Assembly: GCA_951406725.2 (NCBI GenBank)
Contig: OX597833.1
Coordinates: 31,000,001 to 31,064,000, forward strand
Length of the DNA: 64,000 nucleotides
Source of the DNA: Octopus vulgaris
Taxonomy: Eukaryota
Direction: 5' to 3'
Numbering within the stretch: the first letter of the stretch is position 1; every line of letters begins with the position of its first letter. The translations under genes were made by a program, and so were the position numbers. Of this stretch, positions 39,650-54,109 are shown in pieces. A model generated the notes under the pieces. It ran no database searches. It was not told the DNA's origin and saw only the letters and a list, made by a program, of their open reading frames with translations.

Positions 39650-40560
39650 TCATTGTTGTCATTTAATGTCCGCTTCCCATACTGGCATGGGTTGGATGGT
39701 TTGACTGAGGACTGCACCAGGATCTGATCTGATCTGGCAAGGTTTCTACAGCTGGATGCCCTTCTTAATGTCAACCACTTCGAGAGTGTAGTGGGTGCTT
39801 TTACGTGCCACCGGCACAAGGGCCAGTCAGGCAGTACTGGCAACAGCCATGCTTAAAAGGGGTTTTTACGTGCTACCTGCACGGGAGCCAGTCCAGTGGC
39901 ACTGGCAACAACCATGCTCGAATGTTGTTTTTAACATGCCACCGGCACATGTACCAGTAAGGCGACACTGGCAACGATTACACTTGAATGGTACTTTTTA
40001 TGTGCCACCAGCATGGGAGCAACGATCATGCTCAGATGGTGTTTTTAACATTCCACTGGCACAAGTACCAATCAGGCAGTACTGTCATCGGCCACATCAG
40101 CGATTTTGATTTCACTTGCCCCAACAGGTCTTTGCAAGCAAAGTTTATTGTCCAATGAATGAAGGGTACTCATAAGTGGGCTGGTTATAGACCACTGGCA
40201 TAGGCCACAGGTTATGGTCTCACTTGGCTTGTTGGGTCTTTGCAAGCATAGCATATCTCCAAAGGTCTTGGTCACTAGTCATTGCCTCGGTGAGGCCCAA
40301 TGTTCAATGGTCGTGCTTCACCACCTCATCCCAGGTTTTCCTGGGTCTACCTCTTCCACAAGTTCCCTCAACTGCTAGGGTGTGACACTTTTTCACACAG
40401 CTGTCCTCATCCATTTGCAACACATGACAATACCAGTGCAGTCATTTCTCTTGCACATCACATCTGATGCTTCTTAAGTCCAACTTTTCTCTCAGGGCAC
40501 TTACACTCTGTTGTGTATGCACACTGACATTACACATCCGGCGGAGCATACTGGCTTCAT
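39647..40560 (-). mobile_element. RTE LINE 3' fragment (same family as 9084-10607)
   Basis: Shared ORF end (EASMLRRMCNVSVHT..LRWYCHV..GRPRKTWDEVV) and tandem-hairpin 3' UTR. Confidence 0.85.
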
Positions 40561-40689
40561 TATATAGAAAGCACACTGTGTTAAATGAACTTAGTTAACT
40601 ATATCAAACAATCAGATACCAATAAATTCAAATAGAATTAACATTCAAGGTAATTTCTCATGTATGACAAGTAAACCTAAATATCACTT

Positions 40690-41090
40690 AGAAGAATTTC
40701 AAGGAGTAATGTTGGTAGAGGCTACACTGTATGGGGAGTTAGTCTGCATGCTTTGAAAGGTTATGAAGGAAGTTAAACTCAACATTAGAGTTGTAGAAAA
40801 ACCAGGGATGTTCATCAAATCATAGTTACGTAAGACATATCCCTTTGACAAGACCACATGCACTAATAGGAACTGTGTTGTGTGTACTCTTAACCCTAGT
40901 ATTAACTGTAAGACCAGTAATGTTGTCTACTGAATAAAGTGCCTGGAGGATGATTGTAGGATGCAGTATACAGTATTCATTGCGGAAACTTCTAAGAGTT
41001 TCACTGGGAGACTAAATGATTACTGGTAGGAATATAATGACAGGAAATAGTCATTGAAACTCTACCAATATGCAACATAGCAGCATATTC
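40690..41090 (+). mobile_element. Penelope-like GIY-YIG fragment, decayed
   Basis: RVVEKPG..NCVVCTLNPSINCKTSNVVY*IKCLEDDC..FIAETSKSFTGRLND. Confidence 0.65.
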
Positions 41091-41099
41091 CCCATTTTT

Positions 41100-43430
41100 T
41101 TTTTTGTAGGAGTGGGTAGCCACAACAAAACACACCAGGCATTCCATTCATTTCCCAGTTGAAGAGGTGAGCCCCATTCTATGTTTGGGTTAAGGCATAG
41201 AACGCACCCCCTCCCAATATCAGCAGCAGGGCCTGACAGCATATGCTGGTTTATCCCTACCACATCATACTGGTTCCATACTCCTTTGAGCAACATCAAA
41301 TTCACTCATCTGTCCACAAACACTCTCCAAGCTTTCCTATCATTTATCAACTTTCTTGCCTCTCTCACTCTAACACCTCTAACCACCAAAGCTTTCCTCA
41401 CTCCATCCATCCACACAAACCAAGGTCTGCCTCTGGTTCTGCTACCTACCATTTCTGCCTTCATACCCACCTTGCCATCTGCTCCTCATTCATCCTTTCC
41501 ACGTGACCAAACCACCTCAACATTCGTCTATCCATTCTGGTTGTTAGTTTTTCTCTCATTCCTACTCACCTTTGCACCTCCTCATTCCTCATCCTGCCCA
41601 TCTGTGTCACACCAACCATAGCCCTCAAACATCTCATCTCAAACACATCTAGTTGCTTCCTTTTTGCCTCTCTCAGCCCCATGTCTCTGCACTATATAAC
41701 ATTGTTGGCACAACCATGCCTTCATATATCTCAGCATACCTTTCACAACTCCAAGTATCTTACTTCCCTCCCTCACACTGTATCCCACTTCCTCAGCCAA
41801 CTCCCATCCACTGTCACATGATCCCAGATACTTCAAAACACTCACTTCCTCTAACATCTCACCATTTATACTCACATCCATCCTACCAGCCATTCTATCT
41901 CTTAAACATCTCATCACCTTACTCCTAGCTACATTCACTTTCAGTTTCCTTCACTCACACACTCTTCCAAACTCTACCACCAGACTCCTCAGTTGCTCTT
42001 CTGAATCTACCACCAGTGCTGTATCATCAGCAAACAACAACTGATTCACCTGCCATTTCTCTCCATTTTCTCCCACCATATGGGCTCCCCTATCAAAGGT
42101 TGTTACATTTACCTCTCTCACCACACCATCCATATATAAATTAAACAGCCCCAGAGACATCACACAACCCTATCTTAACCCCAGCTTCATATCAAACCAC
42201 TCACTTACTTCACCACCCACCCTAACGCATGCCCTACTTTCTCTATAAAAATTCTGTACAGCTCTCAACAATCTACCATCTGCTCCATACAACTGCAACA
42301 TCTGCCACATTGCATTTCTATCCACATGGTCATATGCCTTTTCTAGGTCCATAAAGGCCCAATACACCTCCTTCCCTTTTGCCAAAAACTTCTTACACAT
42401 CTGCCTTACTACAAATATTTGATCTGCACACCCCCTTCCATTCTTAAAACCACACTGCTCCTCTCCTAGTACACTCTCTGTCTGGTTCCTCACCCTTACA
42501 ATTAGAATTCTTCCATACAGTTTACTAACCACACACAACAGACTTATACCCCTAAAATTTTCACACTCACATTTATCTCCTTTCCCCTTGTACAGTAGCA
42601 CTATACTGGCATTGCACCAGTCCTTTGGTACTCTTCCAGCCATATAACAAACATTCATAAGCCTCACTAACCATTCAATCACTAATACTCCTCCTTTCTT
42701 TAAGCATTCCACTGTACACCCATCTATATCTGGTGCCTTCCAGTTTGCCATCTTCTGCAAGGATTCCCCCACCTCCTCCCTTCCAGTTGCACCGTAGTTC
42801 CATTCCCCAACAACAGGCATTCTCTTTTCTCCTCTTCAAAGGCCCTTTTCTTCTCTGCCACTGCATCCCTTACTTACTCATTCCACCACTCACTACCTTT
42901 CCTCACACCTATTCCAACAACTCATTTACCACATACCTCAGAAGCACATCTCATTACTGCTTCTCTAAAAGCCTCCCACTCCTCCTCCACATCTCCTATC
43001 TCCCATTTCTTAACCTGTTCATATTCACCTCTCAGTTTCTCTACATACTCCTGCTCCTTCTCTCCTCCTATCCAGTTCACTCACCTTCACAACCTCTCTC
43101 CTCCCTGTCACTCATCTAGCACTACATTTTGCTCATACCTTCAACTTACCTTGTACTAAGAAGTGATCTGACACTCCTCTACCTTCACCTCTCATTACAT
43201 GCACATCCACCAACCTTCCTACCACTCTCTTATCAATTAGTACATAATACATCAAGACCCTATCCACTACTGTTCCTCCCTCCACCACATGAACTTATTT
43301 TTCTCTCATTTTTTAAAAAGACTATTCCCCACCACCAACTCTTGCTGCATGCACATTTCCAACAACCTCCTTCTGCACTTGTTCTGATCAGGAACTCCAT
43401 ATTTTCAGCATACTGAATCAAATTAGTTCT
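41100..43430 (-). mobile_element. RTE-clade LINE (second family), RT domain, decayed
   Basis: KAPDIDG..VPKDWCNASIVLLYKGKGDKCECENFRGISLL..EEQCGFKNGRGCADQIF..AFMDLEKAYD..GLR*GCVMS..LLFADD. Confidence 0.92.
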
Positions 43431-43613
43431 GAAATCTTGTTTAAACACCTGAGAGACTCATCATTATGAAAGATATGTGAATCTGTTCTCATAGATGAGA
43501 CAGTGCCAATATTAAATTGAAAATATACATAGTAAAACACAGAACCACACTACCGCTGTCATTACCCATGCAACACATACATGAGTGTGTAGGTGGGAGA
43601 GCATGTGTGGGTG

Positions 43614-43672
<59 letters not shown>

Positions 43673-44659
43673 GGTAGTATTTGAATTATGGTAGGATACA
43701 CAGAAATTCATAAAAATAAATACATGTAATTATGAACAATTCCATCTATATGTACGCATGCGCACACAAAAACACACACACATGCAAGAACACTCTACCA
43801 CACACACTCACACACATCCATACACGAACTCACAAACAGGCATGCACATGCGCTCGCGTACATACACAGGAACATATACAAACATATTAAAAAAAAAGTA
43901 GTTGGTTACACCACACACACACATGCTCACAAGAAAGCACACACTCAAACATACACCCAGATACTTACCCATTTAAAAAAAATAGCAGCTTCACCACACC
44001 ACCATATGCCAACACACACAAATCAGAATGCGCACGCACGCACACACACACACACACACACTCAGAACTTGGGATTCCACATGACATCCTTCTCCAACAC
44101 TCCACTCCTTCTCTTTCATCTACATCACCCTAGAACTCTCTCACTATCTTGAGGGACCTCATCAGATCTGCCTGCACCCAAGCACTCAACTTATACAGTG
44201 ACTATTTTGTATTGACATCCATCATTCATTTTTACCATATATTCGCCCTCTTGTGATCCATCACTCTCTTATCCCTATCCTTATTAGTGCTTCTGCTATG
44301 ATAAAATGCACCCAGTTCATTATGCAAAATGCAGGATTGTAAGGACCTTTTAGTCTTGTCATAGACATAACAAGCTTTCTAATATTGGGGCTACAGATAA
44401 AATGCATCCTATACATTCTAAAGTGATTGATTGATGTTTAGCAAAGATATCTAGCTGTAGAACAAAATGAAACTCAAAAACAAGATGTGTACAACTCACC
44501 TCAACTATTCTAAGAGGTAGAAGTGACCCATCCAGCCCATGCCAGCAAGGGAAGTAGTTGTAAATGATAATGATGGTGGTGGTGGTGAATGGATAGATAC
44601 ATAAGTATTAATTTTTGAAATAGTAATTATTAATATCGTCTGGTCTGTTTGCAGACATG

Positions 44660-45700
44660 GCAGGTACAGGCATGGCGGTGTAATTAAGAAGTTTGTCTCT
44701 CTACATGTGGTTTCAGGTTCAGTTTGATTGCATGACACTTTAGACAAGTGTCTTCTGCTCTAACACTAGACTGACCAATGCCTCATGATGAATTTGGTTG
44801 AAGGAAATTGTATGAAAGTTCATCATCTTCATTTTATGTCTGTCTTCTATGCTGGTGTGTGTTTTACAGTTTGACAGGGTCTGACGAAGAGGAGGATTGC
44901 ATCAAGCACCAATGTCTACTTTGGTATTGTTTCAATGGCTTGTTGCCCTTCCTGTTGTCAACCACTTTACAGAGTATGTTGGGTGCTTTTTTCATAGCAG
45001 TAGCATTAATGATGATTACCCCATCACTTGCAAGGCTAAGAACCTAAAATGGTCCTTGTAACTGAAGGAGAGCAGAAGAAAGGGTGGGCAAGGATTTGAG
45101 ACAGAGGGATGAGGAATAGTGGGAAGATGGAGGTATATGACAGGGAACAGGATAGAGGAAGGGCATTAGTAACAGGTTGAGAAAAAAGAGGAAATAGAGT
45201 TGAAAGGTGATAGGGTCGGTTGTATAAGGTGGGGGGTGGTCAGGGTTATTCAACATTATATGGGCTGAGTTTGGACAAGTGTGCAGAAAGTGGGGTAGGG
45301 AGGGAGCAGTAGGTTAGGGTGGAGAGAAATCCTGACAGAGTTATTGAAGGAAAGAGAAGTGTGAGTAGGGGTCAGAGGGGGAGAAAGGAAAGAGTTTTGA
45401 GGAGGCAAAGAAGCTGTGTGGGGTGAGAAAGACAGTGACAGAAAAGGAAGCAGAAGGAGAAGAAAAAGAAGACATTGGAGAATACCACAGAGGCTGGAGG
45501 AAGAGCAGAGTGTGAAAGCTGTGAAAACATCTTAAATGGGGAGACAGTGGAGAAGATGGCAGGAGAATAAGAGAGAGTGGGGGGAAGAGAAGGAACAGTG
45601 AGTGAATGTAGCAAGGAAAAGAAGAAATAGAAGATATCCTAGAGGTGTAAGGACAGGTAGTGAGATAAAGGTAAGAGGAAGCATTGGTTGGCAATAGAAG
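44660..45700. mobile_element. Old tRNA-SINE head (44665-44825, +) abutting a decayed RTE-related tail and purine-rich segment (-)
   Basis: ggcatggcggtgtaattaag..ggttcagtt head; gcccttcctgttgtcaaccactttacagagt..gggtgctttt resembles the RTE 3' UTR motif. Confidence 0.45.
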
Positions 45701-46246
45701 TTAATCTGAGTAAACGTGTGTTATGAGTGGTAGGAGTCCTTGAGGATACACTTATCCTCATACACGCACGCATTATATGTGTTTTTGTCTGCATTAATGT
45801 ATACATTCTGCATCTCAAAGAAAAGGCACTGGGCTACAAATGCTGATGCGGTTGATACAATTTGTTGGCATTCCTTGTCAACAAATTGCTTCTACTACAC
45901 TTTCTAAGATGAGTGTAAAAACAAAAATCCTTTGCTTGAAAAATGGATTGGGGCTAGTGACAGGAAGGGTGTCCAGTTGTGAAGCAATGCCTTGATAATA
46001 TTTATTCATCCAGCCCATACTAACAGAGAATATGAGTGTAAAGCAAAACAAAATTGAATGTAAAACAAGTGTTAATTTACCAGCAATTTATTGCTGCCTG
46101 ATTAATATCTTTATTATTTTGTATCTCTATTTTGTATTTTCTACCTTTTATTTTTTGTCTACTTCTCTCTTTTTTCATTTTCATTATTTTGTACTCATAT
46201 ATATATAGATATGTAAATATATGTATGTATCTGTTTTTATTTTCAG

Positions 46247-46363
46247 ACTCTACCATTGTCAATAATATTTGTTCTCATGATTTCATTTAACAATCTTTGT
46301 TTGAAGTACGTTGATGTTGCATTTTACTATATTGGCAGATCATTAACAACCATTTTTAATGTG
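46247..46363 (+). CDS. SLC35C1: GDP-fucose transporter internal exon ([39 protein letters not shown])
   Basis: Acceptor ttttattttcag| and donor |gtaagt; 117 nt, phase 0-0. FNNLCLKYV and GRSLTTxFNV are hallmark SLC35C1 motifs. Confidence 0.96.
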
Positions 46364-46499
46364 GTAAGTTGTGGTTTGCTTTCATTTTCTTTCTTTTATA
46401 TTAATTTTAATACTCTCTCTCCCCTCTCTTTCCCTCCTCTCTTTCCCTCCCTCTCTTCCTGACACACACACACATATACATAGCTATTTTTTTTTCCTT

Positions 46500-48155
46500 G
46501 ACACCAAAAAAATTACACCAAACCAGTGTAAACAATGATTCTAAACAAAACTTATGCAGTATGTTCAAAAATACATCTGATGTATTCTGCAGCAAATAAT
46601 AATAATACTCAAGATAATGCCAAACTAAATGCCATTCTTTTACAAAGTTATGCCATACATTGTCATAAAACAATACATCTGATCAAGCCAATGAAGAAGC
46701 CTCTATATAGTCACTTGATCTGCTAGAAATAACAATGAATCTCCCTTAAACCATATCCTACTGTCTTAAAAAAATAAAAGAAAGATTGGATAATATTATT
46801 CTGGATCCATTATGCCTAAATAAAAGATGGGATGGTTATAGGTGAAATATCTTCAGTCACAGGTCTGCTTAATCCAGACTAATTCAGGATCCATAAATGA
46901 TAATTAGAGTCACTATTTTCACTCTACATTATATTTTACATACATAAGTCACCAAAAGCAATGTAACTTGAACTGTTGGATGTGGTAGCTGAATATCCTT
47001 GAAATAACACCCTACTGTCATAAAAAAGGAACAGCAAATTGGATCCTAGGTAAACTATATCTAGAAAAGAAAAAGGCAAGGTGATTCTAATGATGTGCCT
47101 TTCAGCACATATTTACAAACTGCCATGTGTTTATGACAGGATTTTAAATACTGACCATTTAGCAGAGCTGACTTGTATCAGATATGACGTCTTTTACTGC
47201 TTGACAATTCATGTCCCACCCTATAACATATCCTACCCTATAACATTACCTAGCAGAGCCTCTATAAAGTCAGTCAATCTGCTTGAAATAGCAACTTAAT
47301 CTCCCTCAAAACCACACACCACTGTTTTAATATAGGAAGGATACATGAAGTAATGAAGTCCTAGATTTTCCTTAAAAGATGGTATAGTAATGGTTCGACA
47401 GGGCTGTCCTTTTTCAAAACAACAACTACAACCCAACAGAATAGGATCATATAACATTGGAGAAGATAATAACATATATTCCATTTTATTTCTGTAGTGC
47501 TGAACAAATGAGAAAGATCCCTTTCTGAACACAAACACTCATTCCTTGCAGCTTAGGTCATGTAAAAATCCTAATTAATGTTGCTTTCCAGCAGCTAGGT
47601 CATGTGAAAAACATAGTTAGTGTCTGTTTTCTGCAACTGTGTAAAACAAAAAAATAAAAGCCCTAGTTAGTGTCTGTATCCTCTATTTGATACTCAAAAC
47701 ATATGCTACCTACAGTCTGATACTTTATCTACTTGAATCTCTCTCAAGATTTGACTGTGCATCTTTTTATCTACTTGGAAAGAAGGCAAGATGTTTCGCC
47801 ATCTTTTATTCAGGCGTAATGTATCTAGAATAACATTATCCAATCTTTCTTTTATTTTTTTAAGACAGTAGGATATGGTTTAAGGGAGATTCATTGTTAT
47901 TTCTAGCAGATCAGGTGACTATATAGAGACTTCTTCATTGGCTTGATCAGATGTATTGTTTTATGATATTGAATTCTAACTTTTTCTCAAGGCAACAAAT
48001 TTGTGACATAACTTTGAAAAGGAATGGCATTTAGTTTGGCATTATTTTGAGTATTATTATTTGCTGCGGAATACATCAGATGTATTTTTGAATACACTGC
48101 GGAAATCTTGTTTAAAATCATTGTTTACACCAGTTTGGTATCATTTTTTGTGTAA
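46500..48155. repeat. About 310-bp intronic inverted repeat (46500-46806 vs 47824-48155)
   Basis: e.g. gataatgccaaactaaatgccattc vs gaatggcatttagtttggcattat; ccatatcctactgtcttaaaaaaataaaagaaagattggataat vs its reverse complement at 47835-47878. Confidence 0.9.
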
Positions 48156-48399
48156 AAATTTTGTCAATTTGTTATTAAGAATCTTTTGACTGATGTTCTA
48201 TGGTTGTTTTGCACCTTAAGAGGCAATATTTTGCCTTCCAAAGAAATGCTCAGAGAGTATTTTAGAAAAAGATCTGGCAGCAACAATATCCATTATAGGA
48301 GCATTGATGAGGAGAACAGTCAACCTACATCCAAAGTCTCTCCTCCCTTTCTTTCACTTACTCCACTAAATGACTGAGGGGTGACTGAAGAAATTGGCA

Positions 48400-50480
48400 G
48401 TAGTGGCAACAACCACAACAACCTGAATATCACCAGACTGCTAGAAGCTAGCCTTTGTTTCAGGTCTTGGGACACTTTTTTGTAACCACATCCATCTTTT
48501 ATCTAGATCAGTGTTCCTTGGTATTTCTCTTGCCTCTTTTTATCCTTTTAATTGTTTTCCCCTCTTTGAGTCTTTTTCTATTTTGTATTTTATTTTATCC
48601 TGACTGCTTTTTTTATGTAATAAATGTGCCTTTCTCACTTGCACAAGTTGTGTTTCCCTGCTCTTTTTTCTTTTTTGTCAGATGCAGCTTGTCGGCATCA
48701 CTTTTCCAAAGAATGCACCATATAGTGTCAGCAGTTTGCTTGTTTTCTTGTTCAAAGCTTGCAGTTCCTCTGTGTGCTGGCATATCGCTCATGTTCTATA
48801 TCTCAATTGCTCAGGCAGTTATTACTTGAGAGAACATTTTCATTTGGTATTTGATTAGTTTGTCTCCTTCTAATATGCCCAGATACTTGTACCTTTCTTT
48901 GTCAATTCTCTTTATTAACTCTCCTGTGTGCAACTTAACACCATCCACTTGTTGGACTTCACCTCATTTTAGAATCAACACTTCACACTTTTTCAATCCA
49001 AATACCATTTTAATGTCTATGCTAAAGCAATGTGCTGTTTCAATCAGTGAATTCAGCTGGTCTTTGTCTTTCCCATAGAATTTCAAGTCATCCTTAAAAA
49101 AGAGATGATTGATCTTATCTTTTCTTTCCTTGAACTCATTCATACACAATACAAAAAAACAATGCTGACAAGTTGTCTCCTTAGAAGATTCTACATTTAA
49201 TTTTGACAAAGCCTAAGCTCTACCTTTCCAGTGTGAATTCAGTATTTCAACTATTGATGCTTCAGCTCAATAAGTTAATGACATTGTGTGCAATTCCAAA
49301 TATTTTCAAGCAGTCCAGAACCCACAAATGAGGAACCATATGATATGCTTTCTGGTAGTCTATCCATGCCAAACCTAAGTTTGTTTTGTGCTTTTTGAAG
49401 TCTTTCTGCACTGTCTTATCTATCTTCAGTTCTTCTGTTTCAGTGTTACACCCTTTTTGTTGTTCCTCTAACTTGTTTTGGTCCATGTATTCTGCTAGTA
49501 TTCTGGTTAACAACTTCCACATGTTGGATAGACAGGTTTGAAGTTGTCAAAAGCACTTCCCCTTGATGCTACTTTCTGGTACAATACTGATCTGGTCAAC
49601 CAACCTGAGATTTTTGTGTGGTCTTCTAGTAATGTGCATGTTTGTTCCACTACCCTTTCATGACATTCAGTAAATTCCTTCACTTTCCAGTTGTTCATAT
49701 TTCTACTTACACATTGAACATCCTACTTGCTTATCTTAATATCTTCTTGTTGAGGATTTTGATTTCATTCAGGTTATACATTCACTCTGCATTAGTGTTC
49801 TTGTGTTTCCTCTTTCCCCCATATCTGGGCTTTCCTCTGCATTTGGAGTGCTTGTATCTTTTTTTTTTTTTGTCTCTCTATTTAATTCCTGATAAATGTC
49901 TTTTCTTGGTCTACTTTGAAGAGTTCATTTTGTCTGTACTATTTTTCTGATCCTATTGAGTGATTTTCACTCTCTTGGCTTGCAATTGCTGTTTCAGCTT
50001 CTCAATTACTACAGGTAACCCTTTAAAAGTAATACCATAATTTTGTTTCAGCATATCATACATGCAATGATTCTACGGTCCTCCTTTCCTTCTTCTGTCT
50101 GACAGATCACACTGTATCTTTTTTGTCTCTAAGGATCCTCCTCCTCTACTATTGCTCATTTGTTCATCCTCCTGTTCTATCTACTCCCATTACTTAGTTG
50201 ACATCTTACTTCAAATTTCATATTTTCTGCCACCACTATACTTGCTGCCTTTATAAGTTTTGTTGATGTTGTTTGTATGTATATACTTTAAGACTCTGTT
50301 TACTTTTCTTCTTTGCTGCTTCAGTTTCCATTGGTCCACTTCCTTAAAGTTGCATATCTTAATGCTCTTCTAGTAATTAAGTATGCTCCCTACTATCACT
50401 ATCCTTCCAGTCTTTCCAAGCCTGTTTCTTAGCCTTCACTTCCTTATCAATCTTCCTTCTCCATGTTGTTTTTTCTTGTG
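48400..50480 (-). mobile_element. R4/Dong-like non-LTR retrotransposon RT, heavily decayed
   Basis: EEQQKGC..KKHKTNLGLAWIDYQKAYHMVPHLW..INHLFFKDDLKFY..FSIDIKMVFGLKKC..YKYLGI. Confidence 0.8.
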
Positions 50481-50809
50481 TCTGCCTTTCTGCAAATTAT
50501 CTTATTTAATTATATATTTATATATTTATTATACTAGTATGTTTTTGTAGCTAAATATTGGTATACAATTGTGAAACTGAGTTATAGAAAGTGTGTGCTA
50601 GTAAAAACACCTATCTGTAGGAAACTCTACCATAATGTCATTTTGTTTGACTCGTGTTAACTTCAACAATTAGATACTAAAACAATGATGATGATGGTAT
50701 GACTGTGTGTTTGCATGCTTTTTATGTGTAACTTATTCAAGTTCTTTGAAGGGTGTTATCACATAATTTATTCTTGGTCATATACATGTATGGAAAAACT
50801 GGTGTTAAA

Positions 50810-50856
<47 letters not shown>

Positions 50857-50924
50857 CAAAGTAAGATAGGAGTTATGGGTGTAACTCACTATGGGATAGC
50901 ATTTATCCAATATACTGTTGCTAA

Positions 50925-51056
50925 CCTTTGACGAGGCCTATGGTTGTATATATAAGTACCCTATTTTTAAATGCCTGCAACCTCAGTGTGTTGACACCCA
51001 TAGGCAATAAAAATAAAATTAACTACTTTTAGCCATAGGCTGAAACAGCTGTAAGA
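50925..51056 (+). ncRNA. Decayed type I hammerhead motif
   Basis: Core TTGACGA (C3 lost), 10-bp stem II GCCTATGGTT/AGCCATAGGC, GAAAC-AGCT-GTA with palindromic stem III; stem I weak. Confidence 0.6.
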
Positions 51057-51235
51057 AGTGATTTTAATGATTTCAATAATTTATATTATGACTTTTATAA
51101 TTTGTATTCATATCTTATATGTATTGAATTATAAGATATATATGCATGATATTAAGGTTCTCATTTTGTTAAATAAATAATTAATCCAACAAGCTGATGA
51201 ACAAACTAAATTTGTTTCTCCATTTTCTTATTTGC

Positions 51236-51990
<755 letters not shown>

Positions 51991-52149
51991 GTGTGTATTT
52001 TTTCCTTGTTTACAATTAATATGGAAAAAATAGATAAATAGTTACCAGGGTAGCAAAAAATCACACAAGTAAAGAGGTTGTAACTTCTTGTTTTTAAAGG
52101 TAGAAACTTCGGGTTTACGTAAAAATTTTTTGTATAATATATAAATAAA

Positions 52150-52408
52150 TAAATGGAGTTTAACGCAGTTATAATTCAAATACTTTTACTTCCAACACAT
52201 GTTTCGAAGATATCACTAATATTATTCCAAAGGAATAAAATGGTGTAAAACAATGTAATCTTCTCTTCGGGAAGTTTCGTTTCTTCACTTCCCTGAAGAG
52301 AAGATTACATTGTTTTATACCATTTTATTCCTATGGAATAATATCAGTGATATCTTCGAAACATGTGTTGGAAGTAAAAGTATTTGAATTATAACTGCGT
52401 TAAACTCC

Positions 52409-52413
<5 letters not shown>
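52150..52413. repeat. Near-perfect palindrome, about 126-bp arms and 11-nt spacer; each arm carries an HHR motif
   Basis: 52150-52275 is the reverse complement of 52287-52413 apart from a few substitutions and a 1-nt indel. Confidence 0.93.
52287..52375 (+). ncRNA. Type I hammerhead ribozyme motif
   Basis: ACTTCC-CTGAAGA-GAAGAT[..]ATCTTC-GAAAC-ATGT-GTT-GGAAGT. Stem I 6 bp, stem II 6 bp, GUU triplet. Confidence 0.78.
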
Positions 52414-52472
<59 letters not shown>

Positions 52473-52477
52473 ATATA

Positions 52478-52815
52478 TACATCAACATCAAAAAATCGAA
52501 TGGAAATTGTAGTTGTGATACCTGTGCTGGTGGCCTGTAAAAAGCACCATCCGAACATGGCCGCTGCCTTGACTGGCTACCGTGCCAGTGGCACGTAAAA
52601 AGCACCAACCAATCGTGGCTGTTGCCAGCCTCTGCTGGCACATACAAAGCACCCACTACACTCACGGAGTGGTTGGCATTAGGAAGGGCATCCAGCTGCA
52701 GAAACACTGCCAAATCAGGCTGGAGCCTGCTGCAGCCTCCTGGCTTCCCAGACCCCAGTCGAACCGTCCAACCCATGCTAGCATGGAAAACAGATGTTAA
52801 ACGATGATGATGATA
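52478..52815 (+). mobile_element. RTE 3' UTR fragment with (GAT)n tail
   Basis: Reverse complement of 9084-9430; ends about 50 bp before the exon at 52865. Confidence 0.85.
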
Positions 52816-52864
52816 ATCTCACAATCTCTTTTACTCCAAATTTTTCTCTTCGTTTTCATTTCAG

Positions 52865-52973
52865 GTATTCTCTTACATTATTTTGAAACAAGGAACATCA
52901 AAAGCAGCTCTAGTTTGCTGTGGAATTATTATTGGTGGTTTTCTATTAGGAGTGGACCAAGAAGGAGTATCAG
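52865..52973 (+). CDS. SLC35C1: GDP-fucose transporter internal exon ([36 protein letters not shown])
   Basis: Acceptor ttttcatttcag| and donor |gtaaag; 109 nt, phase 0-1, in frame with both neighbouring exons. Contains the [15 protein letters not shown] motif. Confidence 0.95.
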
Positions 52974-54109
52974 GTAAAGTATCCTACACTGTTACAAATA
53001 TTTTCTGGCATGACTTAAAAAGCAAAATGAAATTAAGATAGACAATTCTTTTGTTATAATTTTCAGTTGTCTTGGATGCCTCATAGGAATATGTTATCTT
53101 TTTATGTGCACCTTCTGTCCACTACTCAATTTAATTCCTACCTGTCTTGTTTGTGTGAGGGAGGGTGAACTACTCAGTACTTCTAAGGCTTCACAAGCAT
53201 TTTAACTACATATCATCTTCTCGAAGCTCAAGTTTTTTTTTTTTTTCCCTATAAAATTGCAAATTGGTAAGACTGAGATGGGTTCATTCACTGTATCTGG
53301 TGGCCAAGTTAGCCAGTTTAACTACCTTCTCACCAGAAAACAAGATACATGGTTACTCAAAAATGTGAAGAATGTATCTCTCAGCATAAGTTAGTCATTA
53401 GCAACTTCAAACTACAGAGTAGAAGGATTTCCAGAAGCTAGCATGCTCTGCAGGATGTGCAATGTCAGTGTACATAAACGACAGTGTGTGTGTGTCTTAA
53501 GAGAAAAATTGTGTATAAGAGGTGTAGCAGTTGCAAGAAAGATTGTAAAGTAACCTCCCTTTCTCGAAGTATCTGTATCATGAGACGTGATTCTTAATTA
53601 TTCAAGAAGCTTGGCGTTTCTCTTGGAAGTTTCTAGAATGCCTAGTGTTCCATTAATAAAAATAGCTTGCTAACCCTGCTCTCCACTTCTTAGTCAATTA
53701 GACTTAGAGCCATCCATGTCATTGCTATGTCCGTCTATTTCTCTACACCACATGACTTAAAGCCACCACTTAGCTGTTATTTACATTTCCTATCTCTGAA
53801 CTTTCTTGCATAGATTACTTCATTCAACCAGAATGAACCAAAATTCAACCAAAATGATACATTTTGGTTATGTATCACATAAATAATCACCACAACAGAA
53901 ATTGGTGATCAACCAACATGTATCCTGGAGAATATTTAGTTATATTCTACATATTTAGTTATATTCTAATATTTTCTATGTCACAATTTTCTTCAACTGA
54001 ATTATCTTCAACTTAAGCGACGATGATGTCTATGAATCCTCCTGGGATCTATTCAATTTGACGACCAGATTTTTTAATTAACTTTTTTTAATTTAACATT
54101 TTGAAACTT

